DNA of 64,000 nucleotides from an uncultured Gemmatimonadaceae bacterium. Its GTDB lineage: Bacteria; Gemmatimonadota; Gemmatimonadetes; Gemmatimonadales; Gemmatimonadaceae. The stretch's first letter is position 1; each line of letters opens with the position of its first letter. The stretch covers positions 7,401 through 71,400 of the forward strand of contig CAWCML010000012.1 in assembly GCA_963796655.1 (NCBI GenBank). The letters are read 5' to 3'. Below are positions 38,778 through 51,059 of the stretch, piece after piece. The position numbers and the translations under genes are program-made. The notes under the pieces are model-generated. The model was not told the origin of the DNA. It made no database searches and was given only the letters and a program-made list of their open reading frames with translations.

Positions 38778-41258
38778 TCACTCCCGCCGCAACGCGTCCG
38801 CCGGATCGAGCGCCGCCGCCCGCCGGGCCGGCAGCCAGCACGCCAGCGCCGCGATCGCCACGAACAGCAGGGCGATGGCGGCGAACGTGGCCGGATCGGT
38901 GGACCGCACGCCCACGAGCATGCTCCGCATCGTCCGGGTGAGCACCAACGCGGCCACCAGCCCCACCAAGATCCCGACGCCGGCCAGCCGCATTCCCTCG
39001 CCCACCATCTGCCCGAAGATCCGCGTCTTCGGCGCACCGAACGCCATGCGCACGCCGATTTCGGCGGTGCGCTGGCGGACGATGGTCGAGAGCACGCCGT
39101 ACAATCCCACGGCAGCGAGTACGAGCGCGATCGCCGCGAACGCGCCCACGAGTGCCAGCGCGAACCGGGTGGCAGCATACGCGTCACGCACGTACGCGCG
39201 CATCGGCTTCATGTCGACGATCGGAATCTTCGGATCGATCCGGGCGATGGTGGACCGCACCGTCGACTCCAGGCGCGCCGGATCGCCCGACGTCCGCACG
39301 ATCCACGTCCCGATCCCGAATCCGATCTCGCCGTTGGTCACGTACATCTGCTCCGGCCCGTCGGCCGCCGGCGAGTCGCGCCGCACCTGGTCCACCACGC
39401 CGATGATGTCCACCCACTCCGGCTCGTTGCTGCGGTAACGTACGAAGAGCCGCTTGCCTACCGCCGGCTGCCCGGGGAATGCGCGCGCGGCGAGGGCCCG
39501 ATCGACGACCACCGACGTGGCCGTCGGCACATTGTCCGCCTCGGTGAACGCACGGCCGGCCAGCAGTTTCGTGCGCATCACGCGGAAGTAGCCGGGCGTC
39601 ACGATGCCGAGATCGGCCTCGCGGAAGGCGGCGGGGTCGTTGACCGCGACCTCGGTGCCCCAGCGCGCCGTGAGGTCCCCGGCACCGAACGGCACCGGCA
39701 CGCCGGCCGCGACGCCGGTGACCCCGGGCATGCCCGCCAGCCGTTCCGCCATGAGACGGCTGAACGCTTGGCGCTCCGCCGGCGGACCACCCCCCAGTCG
39801 CTGCGCCTGAAAGGTCAGCAGTCCCGTCGGGTCGAACCCGGGATCGGCGCGCGTCAGCACGGCGAAGCTGCGCAGCATGAGCCCGCTGCCCACTAGCAGC
39901 ACGAAGGCGAGCGCCACCTCGGCGGTCACCACGCCATTGCGCAGCGCGCGCCCCGCCCCGAGCTCCGACGTGCGGCCGCTCGAGCGCAGCACGCCCACGA
40001 TGTCCGGCCGCGAGGCGCGCCACGCCGGCATGACCCCGAACAGCACGGCCGCCAGGACGCCGGCACCCACGGCGAACGACGTCGCGATCGGGTCGATCGC
40101 CACGCGGCCGATCGTGGGGAGATCCTGCGGGCCGATGGCGACGAGCAGCTTCACCGCCAGCTCGGCGAGCCCGAGCCCCAGCAGTGCGCCGCCCACCGAG
40201 AGCAGGAGCGACTCGGCGAGCATCTGCCGCACGAGCCGCGACCGGCTGCCGCCGAGCGCGGCCCGCACGGCCAACTCGCGCTCGCGCCGGGAGGTGCGGA
40301 CCAGCAGCAGGTTGGCGACGTTGGCGCAGGCAATGAGCAGCACGAAGATGACGCCGCCCATGAGCGCGAGCACGGCCGGCCGCGCCTCGGCGACCAGCTC
40401 CTGGTGCATGGGCACCACGCGAAGCCGGAACCCCGCCGTCTGCTTGATCGGCACGAGCTGGTCCAGGTCGGCCGCCACGGTGTTCATCTCGGACTGCGCA
40501 GCCGCAACCGACACCCCGGGCTTGAGCCGCCCGAGGGTGCGAAACCCGACATTGATGTGCGACGCCGTGGCCCAGTCGATGCGCGCGGCAACGTAGACGT
40601 CCGGCGACCGTTCGACGCGGAAGCTCGGCGGGAAGAGGAGCTCGAGCCCGGGAGACGCGATGCCCACCACCTCGCCGCGGGCGGGCCCGACGGGGATCAC
40701 CGTGCCGACCACCGACCGATTGCCACCGAAGTGGCGCTGCCAGTAGCCATACCCCAGGATCACCACCGGCGGGGGCGGCGGCGTGGTCGGCGCCTCCGGC
40801 CGGCCGTTGGGGCCCAGCGTCACCGGCTGCGGCGTTCCGTCGGCGTCGGTGAACTCGCGCCCCGCCATCAGGTGCGCGCCCAGGACCGAGAACAGGTTGG
40901 TGGTAACGACGGCACCGTGGATCTGCTCGGTTTCCCCGCGGTCGTTCACCGTCGGCTGGTCGAAGGTGAGGACCGCCGCAATCCCGGCAAACAGGCTTCC
41001 GCCGTCGCGCATCTGCTTGATGTCGCCGGCCGCGATCGGGAAGTCGTTCACGTCGCGCGCGACCATATCGGACGTGATGACCACGAGGCGGTCCGCTTCG
41101 GTGTACGGCAGTGGGCGCAGCAGCACCGCATTCACCACGCTGAAGATGGCGGTCGTGGCGCCGATGCCGAGCGCGAGGGTTACGAGCGCCGTGATGGTGA
41201 AGCCCGGATTCTTGCGGAGCGATCGGGCGCCGTAGGCGAAGTCGCGGAAGAGGCTCAT
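38778..41258 (-). CDS. ADOP/MacB-like duplicated FtsX permease (no adjacent ATPase)
   Basis: 826 aa from [42 protein letters not shown]. Two FtsX blocks. C-terminus [13 protein letters not shown]. Confidence 0.85.
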   Translation of the reverse strand: MSLFRDFAYGARSLRKNPGFTITALVTLALGIGATTAIFSVVNAVLLRPLPYTEADRLVVITSDMVARDVNDFPIAAGDIKQMRDGGSLFAGIAAVLTFDQPTVNDRGETEQIHGAVVTTNLFSVLGAHLMAGREFTDADGTPQPVTLGPNGRPEAPTTPPPPPVVILGYGYWQRHFGGNRSVVGTVIPVGPARGEVVGIASPGLELLFPPSFRVERSPDVYVAARIDWATASHINVGFRTLGRLKPGVSVAAAQSEMNTVAADLDQLVPIKQTAGFRLRVVPMHQELVAEARPAVLALMGGVIFVLLIACANVANLLLVRTSRRERELAVRAALGGSRSRLVRQMLAESLLLSVGGALLGLGLAELAVKLLVAIGPQDLPTIGRVAIDPIATSFAVGAGVLAAVLFGVMPAWRASRPDIVGVLRSSGRTSELGAGRALRNGVVTAEVALAFVLLVGSGLMLRSFAVLTRADPGFDPTGLLTFQAQRLGGGPPAERQAFSRLMAERLAGMPGVTGVAAGVPVPFGAGDLTARWGTEVAVNDPAAFREADLGIVTPGYFRVMRTKLLAGRAFTEADNVPTATSVVVDRALAARAFPGQPAVGKRLFVRYRSNEPEWVDIIGVVDQVRRDSPAADGPEQMYVTNGEIGFGIGTWIVRTSGDPARLESTVRSTIARIDPKIPIVDMKPMRAYVRDAYAATRFALALVGAFAAIALVLAAVGLYGVLSTIVRQRTAEIGVRMAFGAPKTRIFGQMVGEGMRLAGVGILVGLVAALVLTRTMRSMLVGVRSTDPATFAAIALLFVAIAALACWLPARRAAALDPADALRRE

Positions 41259-41408
41259 GGCCGGCCGGTTGGGGACACCTGTGGGACAAGGTGCGCCGCG
41301 AAAGCGTTGCCCGGAAGGTAGAGGGTTGAGGACAGGGGGCGGAGGGTGCGGGCCTCCTGCACCCGCGTCATCCTCCACCTTTCACCCTCGACTCTCAACC
41401 CGTAAGGC

Positions 41409-43792
41409 TCAACCCTTCTCCCCCAACCGCATCCACGTCTCCACCACCGTATCCGGATTCAACGAAATCGTCTGGATCCCCTCGTCCATCAGCCACTTCG
41501 CGAAGTCGGCGTGGTCGCTCGGTCCCTGCCCGCAGATGCCGATGTATTTGTGGAGCCGGTTGCACGCCGAGATCGCCATCGAGAGCAGCTTCTTCACCGC
41601 GCCGTCCCGTTCGTCGAATCCCTGGGCCACGAGTCCCGAGTCGCGATCCAGTCCCAGCGTCAGCTGGGTGAGGTCGTTGGAACCGATGGAGAATCCGTCG
41701 AAATATTCGAGGAACTCGTCGGCGAGCAGCGCGTTGGACGGGATCTCGCACATCATGATCAACCGCAGTCCGTTCTCGCCGCGCTGCAGTCCGTGTTCGG
41801 CGAGCAGTTCCACCACGCGCTTTGCCTCGCTCACCGTGCGCACGAACGGGATCATCAGTTCCACGTTGGTGAGCCCGATCTCGTCGCGCACGCGCTTCAT
41901 GGCGCGGCATTCCATCTCGAAGCAGTCGCGGAAGCTCTCTGCCACGTAGCGCGACGCCCCGCGGAACCCGAGCATCGGGTTCTCCTCCTCGGGCTCGTAC
42001 ATCTCGCCGCCGAGGAGCTTCCGGTACTCGTTGGACTTGAAGTCCGAGAGGCGCACGATCACCGGCTTCGGATAGAACGCGGCACCGATGGTGGCCACGC
42101 CCTCGACGAGCTTGTCGACGAAGAACGTCCTCGGGACTCGCGTAGCCGCGCGCCCGGCGCGTGATCTCATCGCGCAGGCTCTCGCGCACGTGTTCGATGT
42201 CGAGAATGGCCTTGGGGTGCACGCCGATCACGTTGTTGATCACGAACTCCAGCCGCGCCAGCCCCACGCCCGCATTCGGAATCAGCGCGAACTCGAACGC
42301 CAGTCTCCGGGTTGCCGACGTTCATCATGATCTTGGCGGGCAGCTCGGGCAGCTTCGCCGACCTCGGCGCGCGTCACCTCGTAGTCCAGCGCCCCGCGAT
42401 ACACATAGCCCGTATCGCCCTCGGCGCAGCTCACGGTCACCGGCTCGTCTTCCTCGAGCTTGGTGGTGGCGTCGCCGGTGCCGACGATGGCGGGAATGCC
42501 CAACTCGCGGGCGATGATCGCGGCGTGGCAGGTGCGGCCGCCGCGATTGGTGACGATGGCGGCGGCGCGCTTCATCACCGGCTCCCAGTTGGGGTCGGTC
42601 ATGTCGGTGACGAGCACGTCGCCGGCCTTCACGCGGTCCATTTCCTTGGCGCTCTTGCACCACGCGCGACGGGCCGGCGCCGATCTTCTGCCCGATGGCC
42701 CGTCCCTTCACCAGCACCTTCCCGTGCTGCTTGAGCGTGTAACTTCTCGGTACTCCGGCCCGCCGTGCGACTTCACGGTTTCCGGACGCGCCTGCAGCAT
42801 ATAGAGCTTGCCGTCCTCGCCGTCGCGCCCCCACTCGATGTCCATCGCGCGTCCGTAATGCTTCTCGATGATCACCGCGTAGCGGGCCAGCTCCAGCACG
42901 TCGGCGTCGGTGAGCGCGAAGCGGTAGCGATCGGGCTCCGGCACGTCCACGGTCTTCGTGCTCTTGCCCGCTTCGCGATCGTCGGTGAACACCATCTTGA
43001 TGAGCTTGGAGCCAAGGCTGCGCCGCACGATGGACGGCTTGCCCTGGGCCAGCGTCGGCTTGTGTACGTAGAACTCGTCGGGGTTCACGGCGCCCTGCAC
43101 CACCGTTTCGCCCAGGCCGTAGCGGCGGTGATGAACACCACCTGGTCGAACCCCGATTCGGTGTCGAGCGTGAACATCACGCCCGACGCCCCCGTGTCGG
43201 AACGCACCATGCGTTGCACGCCGGCGGACAGCGCGACGTCGGCGTGGGCGAAGCCCTTGTGCACGCGATAGGCGATGGCGCGGTCGTTGTAGAGCGACGC
43301 AAAGGTTTCCTTCACCGCGGTGAGGATGTTTCGTACGCCATGAATGTTCAGGAACGTCTCCTGCTGGCCGGCGAAGGAGGCATCGGGGAGGTCCTCGGCG
43401 GTGGCCGACGAGCGCACGGCGAAGCTCATGTCGTCACTGCTATCGGCGACGAGCTTCTCATAATGTGACTTGATTGCCGATTCCAGTTGCGGCGGCAGCG
43501 GGGTATCCAGCACCCACTTCCGGATCTGCTCCCCCGTTTCGGCCAGGGCGTTGACGTCCTCGATGTCCAGCGCGCTCAGCGCCTTGTCGATCCGTTTGGC
43601 CAGGTCGTGCTGCCCCAAAAAGTCGCGGAACGCCGCTGCCGTCGTCGCGAACCCGCCCGGGACCCGCACCCCCGAGGACGCGAGTTGCCCGATCATCTCG
43701 CCGAGCGACGCATTCTTTCCCCCCACCCGGTCCACGTCGGTCATGCGAATGTCTTCGAACGGCAGCACGTACGCAGTCGTCTTCTTCGTCAT
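41409..43792 (-). pseudogene. ppsA: phosphoenolpyruvate synthase; about 6 +1 shifts (about 42132, 42300, 42348, 42660, 42750, 43120)
   Basis: N-terminus VGGKNASLGEM. Phosphohistidine loop [19 protein letters not shown]-terminal PEP-utilising domain [14 protein letters not shown]. Pieces lie in ORFs 43085..43828, 42708..43103, 42325..42834, 42282..42641, 41395..42267 and 41409..42170. Confidence 0.9.
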
Positions 43793-43879
43793 AGGCGGTA
43801 GCCTTTCATCGTGATTGGGGGTTTCCATGCGCGAACCACTACAATTAGTCTAACCCATCCGCGTGCGAGTCTCGTTTTC

Positions 43880-44704
43880 ATGCCCGCCAAACGTACCGTC
43901 TTCTTCATTTCCGACGGCACCGGCATCACCGCCGAGTCGCTGGGCCATAGCCTGCTCTCCCAATTCGAAGGCATCACCTTCCGACAGGTGCGCATCCCCT
44001 TCGTGGACACCACCGAGAAGGTGCTCGACTGCGTGGAGCAGATCCGGGCCGCCCGCACCCTGGACGGGGTGCGCCCCGTGGTGATCTCGACGCTCGTAAA
44101 TCCCGACGTGGCCGACCGCCTGCGAGAAGCCGATGCCCTGATCCTCGACTTCTTCTCGACCTTCATCGCCCCGCTCGAAGCAGAGTTTCATGCACGCAGT
44201 TCTCATGCCATCGGGAAATCCCGCAAGGTGGCCACCAGTCTCGACTACACCAACCGCATCGACGCCGTGAACTTCACCCTGGCGCACGACGACGGGGTCA
44301 CGAGCACGGACCTCGACCAGGCCGACCTCATCCTGGTCGGGGTCTCGCGGAGTGGAAAGACGCCGACGAGCCTGTATCTGGCGCTCCAGTTCGGCGTGAA
44401 AGCCGCGAACTTCCCGCTCATTCCCGAGGATTTCGAGCGGAAAAAGCTCCCCGACGACCTGGAACGGCACCGGGCGAAGCTGTTCGGCCTCTCCATCAGC
44501 CCCGACCGCCTGTCGAGCATCCGCCACGCACGCCGGCCCAACAGCAACTACGCGTCGCTGGAGAACTGCCGCTACGAGGTGGAAGCGGCCAAGCACATGA
44601 TGAGCCGCGAGGGGATCCAGTGGCTCGACTCCTCGACCAAGTCCATCGAGGAACTGTCGGCGACGATCATGCAGGCCGCGAAGTTGGACCGGCCGTCCTA
44701 CTGA
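43880..44704 (+). CDS. ppsR: PEP synthase regulatory protein (bifunctional kinase/pyrophosphorylase, DUF299)
   Basis: 274 aa. [12 protein letters not shown] and the P-loop [15 protein letters not shown]. Divergent from ppsA. Confidence 0.9.
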   Translation: MPAKRTVFFISDGTGITAESLGHSLLSQFEGITFRQVRIPFVDTTEKVLDCVEQIRAARTLDGVRPVVISTLVNPDVADRLREADALILDFFSTFIAPLEAEFHARSSHAIGKSRKVATSLDYTNRIDAVNFTLAHDDGVTSTDLDQADLILVGVSRSGKTPTSLYLALQFGVKAANFPLIPEDFERKKLPDDLERHRAKLFGLSISPDRLSSIRHARRPNSNYASLENCRYEVEAAKHMMSREGIQWLDSSTKSIEELSATIMQAAKLDRPSY

Positions 44705-45443
44705 ACGCCGGGCGGTCGTCGAAGTGATACACCTTCGCCACGTCGATCTCGAACCGTTCGAACCACCGGTTCCGGAAGATCGCAAGCCCCAGTAGCGTAC
44801 CGATCACCGGACCCACGAGGTAGATCCACCATCCGTGCCACACCCCGGACACCACGGCCGGCCCGAAGGTGCGGGCGGGGTTGGTGCTGGTGCCCGACAG
44901 GGGGGCCTCCACGGCAACCATCACGGCGTACAGCGCGGGGAACAACAGAGGCGTGAAGCGGCGAAGCGTTCGGTGCCCAATGAAGACGAACAGCCCGACG
45001 ATGAGGGCGCACGTGGTGCCGACCTCGCCGCCGAGGGCCGCCCAGATGGAATAGCCGCCCCCGGGGGTCGTGCTTCCGAACGCCACGCTCCGGCCCATCG
45101 CTCCCCAGAGCAGCAGGGGCGCCGCGCCGAGCAGCGCACCGGCGCATTGCGCCGCCACGTACCCGATTGCGTCCCGCGTGCACAGCGTGCCCCGGAGTCG
45201 GAACGCGAGCGTGACCACGGGGTTGATGTGCGCGCCGCTCACCTTGCCCACGCGCGAGATCGCGATGGATGCACCGGTGGCGCCGAACAGGAATCCCGTC
45301 AGCGCGCGGCGCAGCAGCGGGTCGGGAATGGCCGCGACCACCGGGCTCCCGACCCCGAAGTCGACGATCACGAACGACAACCCGACGAGAATCAGGATCG
45401 CCGTGCCGATCAGTTCCGCGAAATACGCCGGCCACCGCGTCAC
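44667..45443 (-). CDS. MIP/aquaporin family channel
   Basis: [10 protein letters not shown] and [13 protein letters not shown] (NPx boxes). 6 TM. Its 3' end overlaps the ppsR 3' end by 38 nt. Confidence 0.85.
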   Translation of the reverse strand: MTRWPAYFAELIGTAILILVGLSFVIVDFGVGSPVVAAIPDPLLRRALTGFLFGATGASIAISRVGKVSGAHINPVVTLAFRLRGTLCTRDAIGYVAAQCAGALLGAAPLLLWGAMGRSVAFGSTTPGGGYSIWAALGGEVGTTCALIVGLFVFIGHRTLRRFTPLLFPALYAVMVAVEAPLSGTSTNPARTFGPAVVSGVWHGWWIYLVGPVIGTLLGLAIFRNRWFERFEIDVAKVYHFDDRPAFSRTAGPTSRPA

Positions 45444-45472
45444 CCTCCCGCCCTCTCGCCCTCTCGCCCTCT

Positions 45473-46946
45473 CAGTACAACCCCACCTTCCCCTTCACCG
45501 AGTCGATCAGCTTTTGCCGGGTCGTACCCGACGCCCTGCTTGAACACCAACTCCACCTTCGCGATGTCGTCGATGTTCGCCGCCGGGATTGCCGTCGATC
45601 ACGACCAGGTCGGCCTGCTTGCCCGTCGCGATGGAGCCGATGCGGTCGGCGCGGCCCAGGTACGTGGCGCCGTTGAGCGTGCAGATCCTGATCGCTTCGA
45701 GCGGCGTGAACCCGCTCCCCACCAGCAGCTCCACCTGGCGCTGATCGGCATAGCCGGGAATCACGCCGCCGCCGCCCGTGGGATCGGTGCCCGCCATCAA
45801 CAGTCCGCCGGCGCGCACGAACGCCACCTCCATCGCCCGGTCCTCGGCGAACAGCTTCTTGTACGGGGAATTGGGGCGGCTCTGCGTGCGCTGCGTAGTT
45901 CGCGCAGGAACTGCTCCTTGAGTATCGGATCGAGCACGTCGAGGCCCGGCGGGATCGGCTGCCCGGGCGTGAAGGTCTCGAACACGGTGAGCGTGGACGT
46001 GATCGCGACGTGCTTCGGCCACGAGGTGCTGCACCAGCGACTTGAACGCGGCGCTGCCCGTATCCACGGTCGCCAGCGCCTGCATGCCCTCGCCCTGCCC
46101 CGGGCAGACGTCCGGCTGCTTGTCCTGCACGAAGTCCGTGGACACGAAGAAGCCGTGCTCGAGGTCGTCGATGCCGAGGTCCGCCGCCTCGCGGTAGGTC
46201 ACCGAGCAGAGGTGGCCGGTGATCTTGAGCCCGCGTTTGTGGGCGGCATCAACGGCCGCGGCCAACTCGGGACGCGTGATGTTCATGTACGCCTTGAACG
46301 ACGTGGCGCCGGCGTCAGCCCAGAAGTTCACGTAGCGGCGCGCGTCGGCCGAGTCCTTGAGCGCGTACATCTGGAAGAAGGGCGACGGCCCCTGCACGTA
46401 CGGCGCCGTGGCGTCGATCCACGGACCGGGCTGGTCGCCCGCGTTGATCGCGGCCGCCATGCGCAGGTCGCCGTAGCCGCTGACGTTGCCCGTGGTGCGC
46501 ATCGCAGTGACGCCGCCCGCCAGATACAGCCGCGGGAAGCTGACGAAGTCGCTGCCGTACACGCCGGGCCCGCTGGGATAGAACAGATGCTCGTGCATCA
46601 TCACGAGTCCCGGGATCACCGACTTGCCGGTGAGGTCCAGCACCTGCGCGCCGGCGGGGATCGGCACCGAACCGGTGGCGCCGAGCGCGGCGATGTTCCC
46701 GTCGCGGATGATCAGCGTCTGATCGTCGCGGACCGGTGCGCCGGTGCCGTCGATCACGCGCACGTGCGTGAGCGCGACGACGGTGGTGTCCACGCGCACG
46801 TATTGCCGCACGTTGGGAGAGAGCGCGGGACGCTGGGCGGTGGCGGGCGCGGCGACGGCGGCGAGGAGCAGGCTGGCGATCGCGGCGGTGGCGACGCCGG
46901 CGACGAGGGGAGAACGAGGGGAGCGGAGAATGGGTGTGGTAGGCAT
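45473..46946 (-). pseudogene. secreted amidohydrolase family protein (imidazolonepropionase/Xaa-Pro dipeptidase-like); about 4 +1 shifts (about 45515, 45590, 45900, 46010)
   Basis: Signal peptide. RVIDGTGAP...PGLVMMHEHLF (HxH). GTDP...IPGY. Restored C-terminus GKQADLVVIDGNP|AANIDDIAKVELVFKQGVGYDPAK|LIDSVKGKVGLY*. One junction is an AAAA run. Confidence 0.75.
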
Positions 46947-46955
46947 GCGGTGAGC

Positions 46956-47525
46956 TTACCGCGCGCCGGCCGCGCCGTCCACCTCGTCCGCGGGTGCCGG
47001 CGGGCGTACGGCCGCCAGGTACCCCCGTACCAACGCGATCAGGAAGATCAGCATGCCGAGCCCACGCACGTTGGCCGCGATCGACGTGTCGTGCGCCAGC
47101 AGTCCGAAGCGCCCGAACAGATACGCCCAGTCGTGCTCGCCGCCGCCCACCAACGGCAACGCCTTTGTGCGTGCGTCGGCCATGTAGGCGGCGATGTTCC
47201 AGAGGTTCACGGCTATCCACCAGAGCATCACGGACGCCGCGAACTCGTCACGCGTGGGCGCGAACCGCAGAAAGTAGACAAGAAACGTCACCGGCACGAT
47301 CAGCTGGAAGAGCGTGCCGCCCGCGAATTGGATCACGTCGCCGAACGGGCGGAAGACCAGGTGCCCGGTCTCGTGGATGGCGAGGTCCACGCCATCAATC
47401 AGATGTCCGCCCATGGGATCGCGCAGGCACATCACGCCGTACACGGCCAGCACCAGGAGCAGCGCCAGCCGCGCGTTGCGGGCCAGCGACGACGTGCCCT
47501 GCGCTTCGGTGGACGGTGCCGGCAT
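46956..47525 (-). CDS. hypothetical polytopic membrane protein with an HExxH motif
   Basis: 189 aa. DLAIHETGHLVF at the edge of a TM helix, with 4-5 helices in total. 7-9 nt gaps to both flanking genes. Confidence 0.5.
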   Translation of the reverse strand: MPAPSTEAQGTSSLARNARLALLLVLAVYGVMCLRDPMGGHLIDGVDLAIHETGHLVFRPFGDVIQFAGGTLFQLIVPVTFLVYFLRFAPTRDEFAASVMLWWIAVNLWNIAAYMADARTKALPLVGGGEHDWAYLFGRFGLLAHDTSIAANVRGLGMLIFLIALVRGYLAAVRPPAPADEVDGAAGAR

Positions 47526-47532
47526 TGCCCCG

Positions 47533-48657
47533 CTACCGCTCCGGCCCCGCCGTCACGGTCTCGCCGCGCAGGAAGCGCCCGATGTGGTCGTTCAGGAACT
47601 TGAGGTCGGCCGGATCGACCCCCGCGCCGGCGGGATGCCCCCACAGCGACGGGATCGGCACGAACGACACGGTGCGCATGAACTGCTCCTCGTGGCGCGC
47701 GTCGGTGATCGGGAAGTACATGTCGGATTCCGACGGCATATAGAGGAAGGGAACGCGGATCGAGCGGAGGGCCGCCTCCTCGCTGCCGTGGAACCCCGGC
47801 GTCTGCCCGACATCGTTCTGCTCCCAGGTGCGCGCCTGCAGGATCACGTCGTTGGCGTCGGCGCCCTTGAGGAAGTTGGTGCGGAAGTTGTTCACCACCT
47901 GCTCGAACGTGGTGCCGGGCGGTGTATTCGTGCGCCACAGCTCGCGGCGCCACCACTCCTGCGAGTAGAGCCACCCGGCCCACACCATGCCGAAGGCCTG
48001 CATTCCCTTCGCCGGCTCCGCGGTGTAGTCGCCGCCGTTGAAGGTCTGGTCGGCGGTGATCGCCGCGATCTGCCCCTCGAGCCGCACGATCCCGTGGCCG
48101 TAGGTCTTGGCAGTGCCCGACGTCGCCACCACGCGGTCGGCGAAATCGGGATAGCTCACGGCCCACTGGAACGCCTGCTGCGCGCCCATCGAGAATCCGA
48201 TGATGGCCCGGACGTGCGTGATCCCGAGCTGCTCGGTGAGCAGCCGGTGCACCGCCTCGACGTTGTCGCGGATGGTCGTCACCGGGAAGCGCGGCCCGTG
48301 AAAGGGCTCGGGCGTATTGCTCGGCGACGACGAGTGGCCGTTGCCGAACAGTTCGGTGGCCACCAGGAACAGGCGCGTCGTATCGAGCGCGCGTCCGGGG
48401 CCGATGAGCCACTCGTACCCGCGGTGGTTGGCCATGTAGTGCGACGGGAGCAGCACCGCGTTGTCGTGCGCGGCGTTCAGGTGCCCGTACGTGCCGTACA
48501 CGATGTGCGCCGATGGGAGCACGACCCCGCTCTCGGTATGGAAGTTCGTGATCACGAACGTGTCGACCTTCGACGGATCGGGGCGCTGCTGGGCGGCGGC
48601 GGTCGAGGCGCCGAGGCCCATCAGGACGGGAATGGCGAACCGGAGGAAGCGGGGCAT
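47533..48657 (-). CDS. alpha/beta hydrolase of the homoserine O-acetyltransferase (MetX-like) family, with a signal peptide
   Basis: MPRFLRFAIPVLMGLGASTAAAQ. Nucleophile elbow GFSMGA. Overall MetX-like layout (LPSHYMANH...ATELFGNGHSSSP). Confidence 0.7.
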   Translation of the reverse strand: MPRFLRFAIPVLMGLGASTAAAQQRPDPSKVDTFVITNFHTESGVVLPSAHIVYGTYGHLNAAHDNAVLLPSHYMANHRGYEWLIGPGRALDTTRLFLVATELFGNGHSSSPSNTPEPFHGPRFPVTTIRDNVEAVHRLLTEQLGITHVRAIIGFSMGAQQAFQWAVSYPDFADRVVATSGTAKTYGHGIVRLEGQIAAITADQTFNGGDYTAEPAKGMQAFGMVWAGWLYSQEWWRRELWRTNTPPGTTFEQVVNNFRTNFLKGADANDVILQARTWEQNDVGQTPGFHGSEEAALRSIRVPFLYMPSESDMYFPITDARHEEQFMRTVSFVPIPSLWGHPAGAGVDPADLKFLNDHIGRFLRGETVTAGPER

Positions 48658-48767
48658 GGCGGCGGGATGAGAGAGGCGGGCGAAGACGCCTAGCGCGGGA
48701 CGCGGCGGCGCTTCAATTTGGCCCGGTCCCTCCCCGCCCGCCACCGTACGCACAACCCCTTCCCGCC

Positions 48768-51055
48768 ATGATTTCCCGACTCGCCCTCCCCACCCTCGCC
48801 GCCCTGGGCGGACTCACCCTGCTGCCCGCGCGGTTCGCGCCCGAGCCGGCGCCCCTGCGCGGATTCACGCCGGCCTCATCGCGCGTCGAGCGCAATTGGG
48901 AAGCCAAGTTCGACTCCATTCCCGACCCCGCCCGCCTGCGCGCCAACATGAAGCTTCTCTCGGCGCGTCCGCACCACGTGGGCTCGCCTTACGACCTGCA
49001 CGAACGCCGAGTGGATTCTGGCGCAGTACAAGTCGTGGGGGTGGGACGCGCACATCGAGACCTTCGACGTGCTCTTCCCGACCCCGCGGCAGCGGCTGGT
49101 GGAGATGATCGCGCCCACGCACTACACCGCCAAACTCCAGGAGCCGGTGGTGCCGGAGGATCCGACCTCCAACCAGACGGCGGAGCAACTCCCCACCTAC
49201 AACGCATACTCAGCGGACGGCGACGTCACCGGTCCGTTGGTGTTCGTGAATTACGGCATCCCGGCCGACTATGACGAACTGGCGCGGCACGGCATCTCGG
49301 TGAAGGGCGCGATCGTGATCGCGAAGTACGGCGGTTCGTGGCGCGGCATCAAACCCAAGGTGGCCGCCGAGCACGGCGCGGTAGGCTGCCTCATCTACTC
49401 CGATCCCGGCGACGACGGCTATGCCGACGGCGACGTGTTCCCCAAGGGGCCGATGCGTCCGCCGCAGGGCGTGCAGCGCGGCAGCGTGGAGGACATGCCC
49501 ACGTATCCCGGCGACCCGCTGACGCCCGGCATCGGGGCGACCAAGGACGCCAAGCGGCTGCCGGTGGATCAGGCGCCGACGCTGACCAAGATCCCCGTGC
49601 TGCCGATCTCGTACGGCGACGCGCAGCCGCTGCTCGCCGCGATGGGCGGACCGGTGGCGCCGGCCGCCTGGCGCGGCGGCTTGCCGATCACCTATCGCCT
49701 GGGGTCGGGCCCGGCCCGCGTGCATCTCGTCGTCAAGTCGAACTGGGACCTCAAGACGCTGCACGACGTGATCGCCAGGCTGCCCGGTACCACGGAAGCC
49801 GACCAGTGGGTGATCCGCGGCAACCATCACGACGCGTGGGTGAACGGCGCCGCCGATCCGACTGTCGGGCCAGGTGGCCGAATTGGAGGAGGCCCGCGCG
49901 CTGGGCGAGCTGTACCAGCAGGGATGGCGTCCCAAGCGCACGATCATCTACGCGGCGTGGGACGGGGAGGAGCCCGGACTGCTCGGCTCCACCGAATGGG
50001 CGGAGGAGCACGCGGATGAGCTGGCGCAGCACGCGGTGGCGTACATCAACACCGACGGCAATGGCCGCGGTTTTCTGGGCGTGTCCGGCTCCCACTCGCT
50101 CGAGGCGTTCGTGAACGAGGCCGAGAAGGACGTGACGGACCCCGAGGCGCACGTGAGCGTCTGGAAGCGCACGAAGGCGGCGCAGGCGGTCCGCGCCGCC
50201 CAGGGCGGTGGCGGACGCGGCGGCGCGGGTGGTGACGGGGGGCCGAACGCCGACATCCGCATCGGCGCACTCGGCTCCGGGTCCGACTACACGCCCTTCC
50301 TGCAGCATCTGGGCATCGCGTCACTCAACCTCGGCTTCGGCGGCGAGGACCAGAGTGGCATCTACCATTCCGTCTACGACGATTTCTACTGGTACACGCA
50401 CTTCAGCGATACCTCGTTCGTCTACGGACGCGCGCTGGCGCAGACCGCCGGCCGCATGATCATGCGCCTCGCGGACGCCGACGTGCTGCCGTTCGTGTAC
50501 ACCAACCTGGCGCAGACCGTGCAGCGGTACACCACCGAGTTGCAGCAACTCCGCGATCAGCGCGCGCGGGAGATCGAAGCGACCAACCGTGCCATCAAGG
50601 CGGGCGACTTCGCGCTCGTCAGCGACCCCCGGGATCCCACCGGCGCTCCGGAGATGAAGGTGCCCCCGCCGCAGTTCAACTTCGCCCCACTGCTCAACGC
50701 GGTGGACACGCTGACCGCCGCAGCGGCGCGATTCGAGAAGGCCTATGGCCAGTGGGACGCGGAGGCCGACACGGCCGAGGCGGCGCTGCGAGCCGTGAAC
50801 GAGCAGCTCCTCAAGTCGGAACGCGACCTCACCTCACCGGACGGCCTGCCCAGGCGGCCGTGGTACAGGCACCTGCTGTACGCGCCGGGGTTCTACACCG
50901 GCTACGGCGTGAAGACGATGCCGGGGGCGCGGGAAGCGATCGAGCAGGGCGAATGGAGCGACGTGAACGCGCAGATCGCACGCATCGCCAACGCGCTCAG
51001 CGCGGAGGCGGCGCTGGTGAACGATGCCGCCTCCACGCTGGAACGCGCCAAATGA
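48768..51055 (+). pseudogene. M28 family peptidase with PA and transferrin-receptor-like dimerisation domains (glutamate carboxypeptidase II-like); +1 shifts near 49000 and 49869
   Basis: PA domain GAIVIAKYGGSWRGIKPKVAAEHGAVGCLIYSD. Metal ligands HHDAW, WDGEEPGLLGSTEW and SGSDYTPF. C-terminal helical domain. Confidence 0.85.
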
Positions 51056-51059
51056 CGAA

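Noticed and set aside
44667-44704. 38-nt convergent overlap of the ppsR and aquaporin 3' ends
   Set aside because: It is probably just a late stop in the aquaporin tail (a non-conserved C-terminus), or an undetected indel. I saw no sign of functional significance.
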